A stretch of 61,745 bases of DNA, the filler included, from Sphacelaria rigidula (lineage: Eukaryota): the NCBI GenBank assembly GCA_964200075.2. It is 10 parts of 10 records of this genome, joined end to end, with 100 filler letters (N's around TTAATTAATTAA, not from the genome) between each part and the next. Parts side by side here need not be neighbours in the genome. Positions count along the whole stretch, not along the records: positions 49,478 to 55,561 come from CAXNAA020022346.1; positions 55,662 to 61,745 come from CAXNAA020022347.1; 8 more parts are not named here. One strand, 5' to 3'. This document shows, piece after piece, positions 49,540 through 61,690 of this stretch (the stretch's first letter is position 1; each line of letters opens with the position of its first letter). The translations under genes and the position numbers were made by a program. The notes beneath the pieces were generated by a model. It made no database searches, was not told where the DNA came from, and saw only the letters and a program-made list of their open reading frames with translations.

Positions 49540-52500
49540 TGATGGAAATGACAGAGATTTTGCCACTTCGACTACGGGTTATCTGGTGGCCGAAAATGGA
49601 GGACATGGTCAATCGGAGGGGCTGTTCCGTCACGTCGTCGGTGGTAACGTGGTAGGGCGGGGACTTGGTCGAGTAGCTGTTGAGAACGTACTGTGTGAGT
49701 CCGGCAGGCAGGTACTTGGGCATGTTGCTTGTATCATGCGGGTTCGTGCAGGGTTTGCATCTGTGCACGGAGACGCAGGGTTTGGTGTCCTTTCCCTGGA
49801 AGTCGCGAGGCAAGTAGAGATAGAAACACGGGATCTTACAAATTGGGGATGAATCTTTTAGTGGGGATGAGAAACCCGGAGAATTAAAACCTTTGTATCC
49901 ACACCAACTCTTCGAAATATGGTTCCATTTCTTCACCTACTGATAGCTATTGACAACTGCTACACGCCATAATTTGTTTTTATTTCGATCACCGAAATTT
50001 TGGGGTCTTAGGTGCAAAACCAATTATGGGGAATTCCGGGTGTCCGAACGGACGCCAAAATGGCTCCGGGATTGGTTTTTCAATTAGGACCCCAGAATTT
50101 CGGTGATCGGGATCCAAATTTTTATGGCGTGTAACAGTTGTCAATAGCTATCAGTAGGTGAAGAAATAGAAGCATACGTCGAAGATTTGGTGTGGATACG
50201 AAGATTTTAATTTTCCGGGTTTCTCATCCCCAATTTGTAAGATCCATCCCCAGTTTGTAAGATCCCGTGCTTAGAGCAGTTTGTCACCAACGGGTTTATC
50301 ATCTGGTGATGATAACGATGGTCCGACTGTCAGGATCTCGAATGGTCCTTTCCAATTGAGGGACAATTTTGTCTTCAAACTTGTTTCGTTGGCTGTCTTG
50401 TTGGTGCCTTCGTGGCTGTCTTGCTGATGCCTTGGTGGATGGTCGACAAGCTGTTGTAGATCCAAACCCAATCACCAATTTTTCAGTTGGGGCGTTTGTG
50501 CATGAGGTTGTAGGGAGTAGAGTTAGATCTCTCTGGGCGCGAGGCGTTGATAGCGTGTTGTTCGCGCACGAGGGTAAACGGTTCGTGTTGTCGTGCATGC
50601 GTTAGCTCGTGGTAGAATATCTGGTCTGAATCCAACCCTTGGTGGCCATCAAACGTGTGTGTGTCGCTCAAACACGGTGATGGGCAGCCAAGGGTACCGT
50701 CCAAGATGGAGTTCGTTTGGAGAAAGTCCTGTGGCGGCATTAACCGAGTTGCTGTAGGACAACATGATGTGCGAGAGATGTAGGTCCGAGTCATTTTGGC
50801 GGTCATTGACAACCATAGAGAGCATCTGGGCTATGGTGTGATTAACTCTTTCGGTATCACCGTTACCCTTCGGGTGGTAGGCGCTCGTGGCAATTTTGCG
50901 GATGCCCAGGAGCTTGTAAAGCTCATCAGAGAGATCAAAGCAAAAGTGCTGAGCATTGTCTGAAAGGAGTCGCTTTGGGCAGCCGTAGTGCTTAATGTAG
51001 TTGTGGACCAATATGTCGGCCGTTCCTGCGGCAGCGAAATCTACGGCGGTCACCGCGTGCATGGATGCGTAGCGGCTGAAGCGGTTAGTGAAGAGTAAGA
51101 TGTAGGTGTGGCCGCGACCTGCGGTCGGTAGATGACCAGAGTAGTCAAAGGACACAAGGTGGTCTGGCTCGTTGGGGAGTCCCATAGAGATGACAGACCA
51201 GCGTACTGTCTGTCGTGAAGTCTTTCGGGCTTGGCATTTGAAGCATCGCCGAATCCAGAAGCGGGTTGAAATTTCCATGCCAACCCACCAGTAGAATCGT
51301 TCCAAGAGGGCTAGGGTGCGGGTGACGCCAAGGTGATATGACAAATCTGTGTGGCAGCCTTTCGTGACCCAGGGGCGCATTAATAATGAGACATATATGC
51401 GCGTTGGTTCGTCATCGAGTAGTCGTGCGTGGCGTCCCGTGGTTGAGACGGAAATTGCGCCTATCAGGGGCGTGTCGCGACGCACGAGTAGTTGTATACC
51501 TTCATCCGTAGTAAAAAGGGTGCCTTTACGCACGAGCTCGTATACGTCAGGAATAACTGGTGGTGGCAGTGTGCCAACCGGGGCCAGAAGAGCGGATGGA
51601 AAAGGGACTGGACATTTGAGTTATAAGTACCGGATGGCTGCGCGACAAAGAGGTTCCGCGTTGTGTTCGTGAGCCCAATCGCGGTGGGAGTAGCTGGCGA
51701 GAAACTCGCGTAGTTGACCTTTCGCTGGCGAGCCGACCCAACATGGTGGGGTAGGCAGCGGGGGAATAGGCGACGGGGCAGAAGTGCCGACGTCAATATC
51801 TACCCTGGGAGCAGGAACTACGCCGTCAGCTCCATGCTCGGGAGCGCGATAGATGTTGGTGGCGCCGTTATATACGGCGGGGCTGTAGTAGTGCGCGGCG
51901 AAGATTGTCCGCGGCGCGTAGTGCACGGTGCAGGGGTGTTCGCGGAGCGTTGCGTGCTGGTGCGTGGGACCTGTGTTGCGTGGCTCGTGGAATTTGCAGG
52001 TTTTATCGGTGGCGGCGGGGCACTCGGGGTGGTGCGGGCGACAGACCGGGAGCGCGTGTTGTCGGAGATTAGGTGGGTGACTGAAGGTGCCTCCGTGAAG
52101 AGCTTCGCGCGAGTACCGAAAGTGCGGAAATCGACAAATCGGAGATCGTGGGCGCTAACCCACCCAAGACGGCGTCATATGGTGGAGGGCGAGGTCCTCC
52201 CATATGCATATCAGTTGCTGGGCACTAGAGGTCGAGGGCGTAAACGGGCGTTGAAAAACGTCTAATCGCGTCAATTCCAGATTTATCGGGTTCCGTTAAA
52301 CGGCAAGCCGGGCTGGAATCCGCGGCCGTAGGCGGCATGGGTAGGCGAGAACGAAGATCAGCGTTCCCGTTGGTTTTGTCAGAACGGTGCTTAATAGTAT
52401 ACTGGTATGCTGTTAGAAATTCCAACCATCGTTGTACACGTGGATTGTGTTCGCCAACCTTGGCGAGTTGTTCGAGTACCCCATAGTCCCTATATATCTC

Positions 52501-53330
52501 AAAGGGCACGTGGAACAAATGTTGTCGAAGGCGCTTAATGGCCAAAGTGATTACTCCGCCTTCCAGTTCTAGCGGGCTCCAATAATTGGTCTCGTTGGGC
52601 AGGGTAGCACGGCTGATATAAAGGATGGGTCGGACGGAGCACATCAACCTGAGGCTGACTCAAAACTCCTCCAAATCCGTTTGTGCTGGCGTCAGTGTGG
52701 AGTTGGAAAAGACGAAAGCCATCTTGCGCTGCCTCCCAATCAGGAAAGCAGAGTGCCGGCTTTTCGGTGAGCGTCTTGAGCAATTCGCGGGTGATATGCT
52801 CCATATCGGTTGTGAAGGAAAACACAGCCCCTTTCTTCAGTAGCTCAGTAAGGGGGCGGATCCGTTTTGATAGATTCGGCAAAAATTTGCAGTAGTAGGA
52901 TAGTCCGCCCAGCAATGAGCAAAGTTGAGAAATATTAGTTGGCATCGGCAAGTCAGTCATCGCCTTGACTTTGTTTGTATCTGGATGCAGGCCTGCTGGC
53001 GAAATGGAATGCCCCAGTAAATCCAAGTCAGTCACACCAAGGCGAGCTTTGGATGTAGACAGTTTCAAATCGTGTGATCGTAGGCGATAGAGAAATTCTC
53101 GTAGAGTGCGGATATGTGCCATAGGTGAGGGATCGAAAGCGATAGCGTCATCCAGATATATGATGATGTGCTCGAGGCCCTCGAAGGGTTGAAAGCACCC
53201 CGGGGCAGTGGCAGCGCCTTGTGGCATTCGAAGCCACTCGTGGGGTCTGGACGAGGAACAAAAGGCCGTAAGTGGGACTGTGTCAGGGTGAATAACATTC
53301 TGGAAGAATCCTGAAGCGAGGTCGAAGGTG
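49540..53330 (-). mobile_element. Degenerate Ty3/gypsy pol (RT, RNase H, integrase); no LTRs visible
   Basis: RT (MPQG, YLDD, LLGGLSYY), RNase H (LHTDAS, YISRATL, ELEGG, RVQRWLEFL), integrase (CH...HLGVTRT...CFKC, SFDY, LLSDN, AYHPKGNGDTERVN) and a WKGPF motif. Frameshifts and stops; interrupted by a MITE at 49827-50269. Confidence 0.92.
49827..50269. mobile_element. MITE with long TIRs (CACGGGATCTTACAAA...), inserted in gypsy integrase; right-arm copies at ~25180-25325 and ~53345-53554
   Basis: cacgggatcttacaaattggggatg...catccccagtttgtaagatcccgtg, with arms extending ~150 bp or more. It splits the integrase C-terminus DKLL|YLxLP. Confidence 0.88.
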
Positions 53331-54334
53331 GTCCGATCGGCTCACCTGAATCCCCCCAAATTGGGTTTTGATCCAGGACCCCAACATTCCAGTTATCGAA
53401 ATCCAAATTCGTATGGCGTGTAGTATTTATCAATAGCTACCAGCAAGTGAAGAAATGGAACCATATTTCGAAGATTTGGTGTGAATACGAAGATTTTAAT
53501 TCTCCGGGTTCTCATCCCCAATAAAAATCCAGCCCCAATTCGTAAAATCCCGTGTGTATTATGTGTGACTTATTCCCGACATCAACAGCACACGATGGAG
53601 TCTTTCATGGATTGCCTGACCCGGGTGACCGTTTTTCGCGTATATCGGAAGCACCCCACAAACTTCAAATACATGCCGCAACATAAACGTATAAATGCCT
53701 AGCAGGCCAAGTTGGTCTATGTGCGCAAACGCTCAAACGCCCTTACCCGGCGAAAACATGGCCGATTGTTTCCCTCTCTGCAGCGGGCGCAGTGTCGAGG
53801 CTACTGTCCGCGCTCCAACATACTGGTCGACTTGTTGAGTTACGGAAAAATCACGTACAATTGCTTGACTGCCCACGCAAACTCCATTTTTTCATCTGAG
53901 CAATGCTACGGTAGGGATGCACGTTTTGCGCGAAGTCTTGTCTAGTTCAGAGGCTTCAAACGATTCTAGATGCACAAGAATATGGATCAGGACATCCCCG
54001 TTTGTAAATTCAGTCGGGATATCCCCAACACATTGGAATAGTAACCCTGGCGTACTCTCACATATTTTCATGAGTCGTGTTTTGGATGAGATCAAGGGCC
54101 CCTAACAATTCTAACCTCAGAAAATATTTGTGCACCCCTACCGCAGCATCACTCATCTGCATGCCAGAATTGCACATGCGCGGCCACATACGACGCCCTC
54201 CCCCGCCCCTGCGAGTGAAGACAGTGTCGTATGAGGTGGACAGGGACCACATCACTTACTTGTCTATCGATACACTGACCAAACCACCAACGTTTTATAG
54301 CGAAAGATAAATCAGGACGTGATACAAAAACACC

Positions 54335-54860
54335 TGTGACGGTTTAAGAGACTACCAACTAGAGTACTGACGAGTCAGCGCTGACTCGTCAGTAGTCTAG
54401 TTGGTAGTCTCTTAAACCGTCACAAAAGTTAATCGCTGGTTCGATTCCCGTCGGATGCACTTTCTTTGAAGAAAAAAGAGGAGAGAAAACCTCTGGGAAA
54501 AACTTGACCCCAAGAAGAGAAAACCTCAGTAGAGAATTGGCCCAAACAGAGAAAGGGTGGGGTATAGCCGGGTGGCTATGTTAGGAGTCGACTGCTAGGG
54601 ACCCTAGTGCACACACACTCTGGAAATGAGTGGGGGAGACGAGTAACTCAAAGATACGGTGAGAAGTGACAACACTAGAAGTCCCGATGGCGGTCGACAG
54701 AGCGCTGGCAAGGGCCGTCGCCCTCCTCGGAGTGAAAGTGACGGGGATCAAACCCCCACAACTAACTTTTGTGACGGTGTAAGAGACAACCAACTAGACT
54801 ACTGACAAGTCAGCGCTGACTTGGTCAATAGTCTAGTTGGTAGTCTCTTAAACCGTCACA
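54335..54860. mobile_element. Non-autonomous element with palindromic 90/91-bp terminal repeats, two convergent tRNA-like heads and 4-bp TSD CACC
   Basis: CACC|TGTGACGG...CCGTCACA|CACC. Terminal repeats 54335-54424 and 54770-54860 are each self-complementary. A-box tagtctagttgg and B-box ggttcgattcc / ggtttgatccc occur on both strands. Confidence 0.85.
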
Positions 54861-55108
54861 CACCCCAACAAGTTCCTGTTGATATTGCTTCATCTTTACA
54901 TCGAAACATGATGAGATATTCAGAGACACTGAGCGAGCGCGGTAGTGAAAACGGCATACTCAACACCAACGGCGACGGTGACAAACTATTTACGCCCGTG
55001 CGCATCCTTTTAACCTTTCACCAAGAGCAAAGCTACGGTAGGGTTGCACTTTTTGCGCGAAATCTTGTCTGGTTCAGGCGCTCCTAACAACTCTGGATCG
55101 TACAGCCG

Positions 55109-55561
55109 GTCGCCCCGGTGGCTCAGTTGGTAACCTCGCAACCTTTTGATGGTTGAGTAGGGGGGTTCGATTCGCGGAGTAATCTGGACTCTTTTCGCAC
55201 ACCATGCTCAACAGTGCAGAGCGACTATGTCGTGGGTACACAAAGTTCGACCTAACGATTGGCGAGAGGGAAAGGGACTACTGAACCCCTCTCGCGATAA
55301 AAAATAAAGACAAGCACCGCAAAAGGAAGGCGGGGTACTAAAAACAAACAAAAAAGAAAAAGGGAAAGGGACAACTGGACCCCTCTCGCGATAAAAAATA
55401 AAGACAAGCACCGCAGAAGGAAGGCGGGGTACTAAAAACAAACAAAAAAGAAAAAACTCCTGTGTTGACCTCCCTCCCGTGTGACCGCGGCTGATGCGCC
55501 CACATATACCGAAAGGTGTAGACTGGTACCCAGAATAAAAGGGACGACAGCACACAACACA
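55109..55561 (+). mobile_element. tRNA-SINE family A, full-length with an internal ~94-bp tandem duplication
   Basis: A-box tggctcagttgg, B-box ggttcgattc, body as 20122-20487. The ccctctcgcgataaaaaataaagacaagcaccgc block occurs twice. Confidence 0.82.
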
Positions 55562-55661
55562 NNNNNNNNNNNNNNNNNNNNNNNNNNNNNNNNNNNNNNN
55601 NNNNNTTAATTAATTAANNNNNNNNNNNNNNNNNNNNNNNNNNNNNNNNNNNNNNNNNNNN

Positions 55662-55714
<53 letters not shown>

Positions 55715-55800
55715 CATTAATATTATTATTAATAATAATATCATTATCATTATTTCCGCACATTAGTCCGATCTCTCGAACCCGTGGTCACAAAATACGA
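55662..55800 (-). repeat. Retroposon 3' end with (AAT)n tail (also at ~33381-33435 on +)
   Basis: tgtgaccacgggttcgagagatcg...aatgtgcggaaataa followed by AAT repeats in both places. Confidence 0.7.
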
Positions 55801-55839
55801 ACGTTTTTTGCCAATAAGCACTAAAAAATAAAAAACGCA

Positions 55840-56255
55840 AGTCTTAGTCATTTGACCATCAACTACGCATCCCTGTCGAGACGGAGCACTGTTCCTAGTC
55901 CTAATGGACACCTCCAACATTTGGGCGCTAATTTCATTTCTTTCACACAATACTAAAAACATTTGACACATCTTATCCCCATCCTATGTCGCCGTCTGTG
56001 ACCACCGTCCATCTCCTAGTATAGCGATCGTTTTCTCGCTACCATGTGAAGTACCAAACGACTTTTTGTTACATTCGTTCACTTTCCGCATTTCCCCTCC
56101 TAAACATCTCGTTTCTCGTTGTATAGTTCACATTTTCCCAGTGTTTTACTTCTACTCTCTATTGCTTTGCCATAGAGGCAATTCTGTGCATCTACTTCCT
56201 CCTCCACCTGACTAATGGTAAACCTCTTCCTTCTTTCTGATATATCCAGGTCCCC
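55840..56255 (-). mobile_element. LINE ORF2 C-terminal fragment (degenerate CCHC region), same family as 36640-37009
   Basis: VGDLDISERRKRF...QNCLYGKAIESRSKTLGKCELYNEKRDV...APSRQGCVVDGQMTK. Confidence 0.72.
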
Positions 56256-56340
56256 CACCTCCCTTAAAGGGTTGGCGTCTGTTGGCAACGACGCTGTAAA
56301 ACACGCTTCTGATATATCCAGGTCCCCCACCTCTCTCAAA

Positions 56341-56821
56341 GGGTTGGCGTCTGTTGGCAACGACGCTGTAAAACACGCCACTCATTGTGTGAGCTAGGCA
56401 ACCAGTTTACCGGGGGGTTTTCTCGCTTGCGTTTTTGCGGTAACCATGATGGTGATCGAGTTAGATCATATTGTGCGGGGTGGAAAAACTCAACTCCTCG
56501 CAAAGGGGATTATCACACTACGTAGTGTTTGAATGGTAAGACACCCATGAGGCAGTGTGGAACCCGTGACAGTCTCTAGAAGTGGCAATACCAGAAAACA
56601 AAGCAACTCATTCGAATCTGTCATCTATATGCAAGATATTTAGTATGCTTCGGGCCGAACAATCTTTGCAGGATGCAGCTCAACTTTCATTCGACTCGCT
56701 GGATATATCACGGCGCTTCGCGCTTGATAATTGCGAGCCTGGTCCGGCGAAAACCCGGCGAGCGCCGTCCAGGCTTTGTGGGGAATGCGAGGTCAATGGT
56801 CTCATGAGTACACCCCGCCCC
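56341..56821 (+). mobile_element. Poly(C)-tailed SINE-like element (family C), full copy
   Basis: Head gggttggcgtctgttggcaacgacgctgtaaaacacgcc; ends ctcatgagtacaccccgcccc. Confidence 0.8.
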
Positions 56822-57578
56822 TACGCTTGCGTGGACACATAAGATAGCCGTTCACATGTGTTTTTTGTCATCATCGATGCAAATGCAAGACAATGCTGTA
56901 TATTCTCATCCTCACACGTGAGCGGCGACAGCGCCGACAAAGATGGTTCTTGTGCGTGCGTCTCCTCCGCCGCTAGCTGGCAGTCGATCCGCAGGTGCTG
57001 TTCAATAAACATACATTAAAAAAAGCGGTTGTGATCCGTATCAAGACAGGACAGGTCATATGGCCCGGATATACACGGATAGGCCGCCTGGCAAAGGTAA
57101 GCACTGATTGGTGAAGAATTGGCCAAGATCACCTTGGCAAGTATATGTCGAAGGAGATGCTGTCGGCGCGTAAGTACTACCTTCGAGTGCAGTTGAGCTA
57201 CAGTGCCTGCGCGGGCCTCGAACGGCAGCGCATAACTGTCGTGATAGAAGCAGCGCAGTCAAGCTAGCCTACAAGCTAATCCCGAGGAAGCAAGAAAAAA
57301 CGAAACACCAACCCTCACCAAGTTTTTCCGCGACAATTTTTTTCGAGGTACAACCCGAAAGTCCGCACACATTCTGGTAGCCCTTAGTACGAACAACCGT
57401 GGACCGTCACCGTTTTCAAGTTTTCCTCGCATGTCGACATAATCGGGTTTTGCACATTCAAGTGTTTGAGTTACTCTCGAGACTGGATACGGATAAAATT
57501 CAAAATTGGTTTCTTCAATCGTCTGTACTGCCTCAGCGAGTTACCTCTAAAAAAATGTATGAAAATCGAGGACTTTAA

Positions 57579-57675
57579 CCCTCAGACCGCGGGGTTAGTC
57601 TTCTGTTGAATCGTCATCAATGTCAAGTGAAAAAAGTATGCATGATCCAGAAAGACTAACCTCGCGGTCTAAGGG
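57579..57675. mobile_element. piggyBac-type MITE (97 bp) with TTAA TSD
   Basis: TTAA|ccctcagaccgcggggttagtc...gactaacctcgcggtctaaggg|TTAA. A related right end lies at ~25340-25410. Confidence 0.85.
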
Positions 57676-58849
57676 TTAATGCGCCACGGCAAATTTGAGC
57701 ACATTCAATGGACCTTCTTCGCTCCTCCTGAAGGTTCCATACCATGGCGAAAAAGGGATAAATATAATACTGGGATGATGACCGCCTTCCGTGCGCTTAC
57801 TCAGGTGAAGTTAACGTGGCAGATATGAACGTGGGGAATGGGAGGAAGGGATAGAGATGCAGTATGATTAAGCATCGAGCGGCCTTGCGACCGCTCTCCC
57901 CATGAACACACAGCACGACCTGACGGACTGCCCTCCCTCCCCATAATGTTCCTGCAACATGCAGATCCTTTTCGTTAAAGTAAGGGGAGAGTTCTTCGAC
58001 AATCAGTGTGTCCAACGCACGTCAGGGTTACATCTCCCGCAAATTGGGACTGCTACTACGTCTATCATGAGACCACGGCTGGACCCCTGGGGGGTCAGTT
58101 AAGGTGCGACAATCAACCAATCAATCAACTCCCTAGCTCTTGGGACAAACGATCGTGGTTCGGTACGTGAAGGGCGAGCCTTGGTTGTGCTCCCAGTAAC
58201 CGTCTGAAGCAACGAGCGCACGGCAACCTGGCATTTGACTCTTCCTTGCGATAGGGACGCGATGGGGGTAGCTAGATTGTTGACCAGGTAGGCGAGTAAA
58301 CAGGTGGATGCGCTGGTATTCCTTTTGCTTCGATGTCTCCTCTTTCTTTTGCGGGTGCCAGGGAGGTGGGCATGTGCATTTAGAATCTTCCAGTGACCGG
58401 GGCCGCGGACCTCACTACAAGCGCGAGCACTGAAGTACGTAGCTACTAGAGCCGCGACTCGTATCCGGGGGTACATTGATTTGATCGGGGGGGGAAAAGA
58501 GAGAGGATTCGCAATTCAGGCTACGGTGTTGTGCTCGTCGTTCTTCTACTGTAGGGAGAAGTAGAAGAATCGAATGCTATTTTTTATTCGTTGTAGATCT
58601 GGAGTAGTGTAGCGATGAAGGACTCCAATAGTACGATTCTTGGTGGGACCACCTTGTGTCACGTATTTATTGGCACACCTGTTGCTGCTCGAGCCACTGC
58701 GCGAGGAACTTCATGAGGTGGTCGAATTCCGCAGCCAGTTCTCCTATTCGCACTAGCAGGGCCGCCTGAGGCCGAAATCAGGATATAATAGGGCATAAAG
58801 GACAAACGATATTCTATGTCATATGTGTGTTCCCGAGGACGAGGAAACA

Positions 58850-59920
58850 TCCACCGACAACACATGGGGGTGCGGAGAGACTACAGTATTACCCCGGGCA
58901 AGGCATTTTTGATCCTCGGTCTGGTCGGAAACTATCGCAGCCAAGCCGACAAGATTTGTGTTGCTGGAAATCTCTGGTCGAGGTCTTTCGAGCAGGAAAA
59001 TCGTTCAGGACTGAAGGATCTCGGTGGCTGGCTTATCGAGGCTGCAACACATCACCGGGGGTGTTATACCCCGTCATAGCCGGCACGTCTCAATGATCCT
59101 GTATCCTAGTGAGCATGTGAACCCACAATGGTCCTTCTTAATGAAAAGCTGGGCTCGACGTATTGATACAGAAAAGTGCAGCGTCGCAATTAAGTAGACA
59201 TGCTGGTATCGTGAATCATGCCGACCACAGCAAACGGTACACGGTGCAACACCTTTCCGCGCACGCCGGGTGCCGGGTACAGATACCAACATGCTTTTCA
59301 GTTTTCATAAGGGCAACGGGATTCGACGCGGTGTGGTGTAAGTCTACTTCAGATTATCGTTCTCACCTCACTCCTGTTGGTAACCACATCAACGACGAAC
59401 TTGAAGGGAACACGGAGCAATGGCTCAACAAGAGGTAGTCGTATTCCTCGTCCTTCCATCGTACAACGCCAGGTACTACCACGACGCACACGTTCACCGA
59501 ACGGAATTGGCACGGAGGAAACCCATCACATTAGCCTGTATCGCCATCAATACTCGTGGGTTCGATTATCACCGCAGAGCAACGACCGCCAGAGTGCACC
59601 ACGTACGTGTGTAGCCATGAGCAAGGTGGAGTCAAAGTGCAGGGAGTTGGCGCGTGAGAGCTACACGTGTCTAGAGAGTGCCCATATGGAAAGCATACTC
59701 GGCGGTGGAACAGAGGCGGATCAAAAGGCAAAGGTGCGCAGCATACTTCAACACTTGTGCGGAACGGACTGTTTTGCTACGGGTGGTGGCGTGTACACTC
59801 CCGTGCGTTTTTGCAGCGCTCTATGGGAAAAAGAAAAAAGGCTACCTGAGGTCGGTATAGATATACAGAACAAACTAACGGTCATGGCGAAAATGCTGTA
59901 TGCCATAGCTCTTGAATCTT
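58850..59920 (+). pseudogene. Possible highly decayed Ty1/copia RT relic
   Basis: Scattered peptides in colinear order resemble copia RT (FSVFIRATGF...HINDEL; ILVGSII; AMSKV...ELAR..Y). Many stops and frameshifts; weak evidence. Confidence 0.3.
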
Positions 59921-60544
59921 GAATCAAGCCGCACTTCGTTCTTGACGGTGTATATCACCCCCCCCCCCGATGCCTCCTGTACCTCACCCAAACGTAACTT
60001 CTCGCAACCCTTCACGTATTATTGTAGGATGTCGGCGGAAGTGATTAATTAGAAATCCTTGGGATTCATGTTCTTACTACTGCCTGTATTGTAGGTATTT
60101 TCCGTTGGCAATACGTTCCCTCTGCCTGGATTATGTGTCATTCGGCACTAATGCCTCGTCAGCATCTGTGGTTTTATAGCAGATGGTGAGAGAGATCCAA
60201 CGAGCACGGGCGAGTTATTGAGGAAATAGGGGGCCTAGCTCACCCAACTTTCGGGACGACTCTGACTCGAATCATCGCGACCACTCAGAAAATGGGCACG
60301 ACTTTCGACATGACCGCGTCCCCAACCGGAATATAACTCACAACCGTCACGCATTTAGGACACGTCGTATCGGGCTGAAAAGAAACAGCGAAGAGTAAAG
60401 CAAGCGTCCAAAAGCAGCTTGTCAATTGGTCGTCGCGACAGGATGGCCACCGACATGCTATATTTTGACGCTGGCATTGCTCTCTCGCTGTTTTGTTCAG
60501 TGCGTTAAGATGGACCTTTGTCATTCATTATTTTTTTGTTGTTT

Positions 60545-60852
60545 ATTTATCGCACTTTGAACCCCTCCCCTTCCTCGGGACGAGTCCGTGGTCTCAAGGG
60601 ATCAACCCCTCTCTCCCTGGTACACGCCTTGCATTTTGATCTCGCGCATTAGGTCAGTACTCCCGCACTGCGTCAGCTCTCGTCAAACAAACTAAGTCAA
60701 CTTCCTTTTGTTTACTCACGTACTCACCCTCTCGAGGGTGGAAATCGACACTTGTGAAGAAAAACCCAACGGATCGGAAATCGAACCCTCCTTCTCTCCA
60801 CCATGATGGTGACAGTCGGATCATTTTAATTTGCACCACGGGGGTGCGGCGG
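60545..60852 (-). mobile_element. SINE family B, full-length
   Basis: Minus-strand head gccgcaccccgtggtgcaaattaa...ggttcgatttcc, 3' region shared with 33000-33330, A-rich tail. Confidence 0.7.
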
Positions 60853-60989
60853 CCTTATACATACTGTAACCGTAACCCGAAATCGATGAAACGGGATTTT
60901 TCATTTCCGAAACGGCACACATGGCACCGATAATAGGCTCTTGTCATGGCGACCCGGTTCGTTGGATCTACCCTGACCGCTAAGGAAAC

Positions 60990-61475
60990 ACACATGATCG
61001 GCTCTGCCGACACTTATCACACACATGGCACATGATAATATTTGAACAGGATGGCGAACGCGACAATGTCACGAGCTCATCTCTGGACCGGATAATACTC
61101 TCCGATGGCCATCTTTGAATCAGATGGTGAGAGTAAAACTCTCGCATGACCATCTTTGAACCGAGCACGTTCTCACATGACCATCTTCCCAACCCGTTCA
61201 AAAACACGAATGTATAAAGAAGATGCACCGTGTGTGTGTGATGCCCTTTACACGCCTCCAGGTATATTGAATGGCCCGGCGGACCCCACTTACGTTCATC
61301 TTTTCCCAGTTCATAGATGAGCACGTGGGATTTTTCACCTTCGCCGTCCGGGTCGAGGGTGGTTATTTGAGAGTCGTGCCCGCTTCGAAGATGGTCATCT
61401 GAGATTTTTGCTTCTCCCGTCCGGTTTAGACATGATCACGAGAGAGTTGTGCGCAGTTCAGATATGATCGTGTGA
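60990..61475. mobile_element. Degenerate foldback/MITE
   Basis: catgaccatctttgaaccgagcacgttctca (~61146-61176) is inverted relative to tgagagtcgtgcccgcttcgaagatggtcat (~61368-61398); the outer arms are also similar. Confidence 0.55.
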
Positions 61476-61499
61476 GACCTTGGCTTGCACGTGAGGAGC

Positions 61500-61690
61500 C
61501 TTGAAAATGGGTGTAAGAGTCGGACTCGAGTCATCACGATTACACGACGAGTTCGGCAGAGTGAGGATGAGTCTGGCTCGAGCCATACGACTGGAGTCTT
61601 GAGAAATGGGTGTAAGATTCCGACCCGAGTCATCACGACTGCAGTAGTTCAGGAACGTAGGGACGAGTCTGACTCGAGTCATACAACTTA
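61500..61690 (+). repeat. ~99-bp tandem duplication built on GACTCGAGTCAT motifs
   Basis: ttga.aaatgggtgtaaga.tc.gac.cgagtcatcacga occurs twice and gagtctg.ctcgag.catac twice. Confidence 0.65.

Noticed and set aside
54386..54459. Functional tRNA-Asp gene
   Set aside because: A and B boxes are present, but the anticodon stem does not pair and the acceptor stem is imperfect. It is part of the palindromic element.
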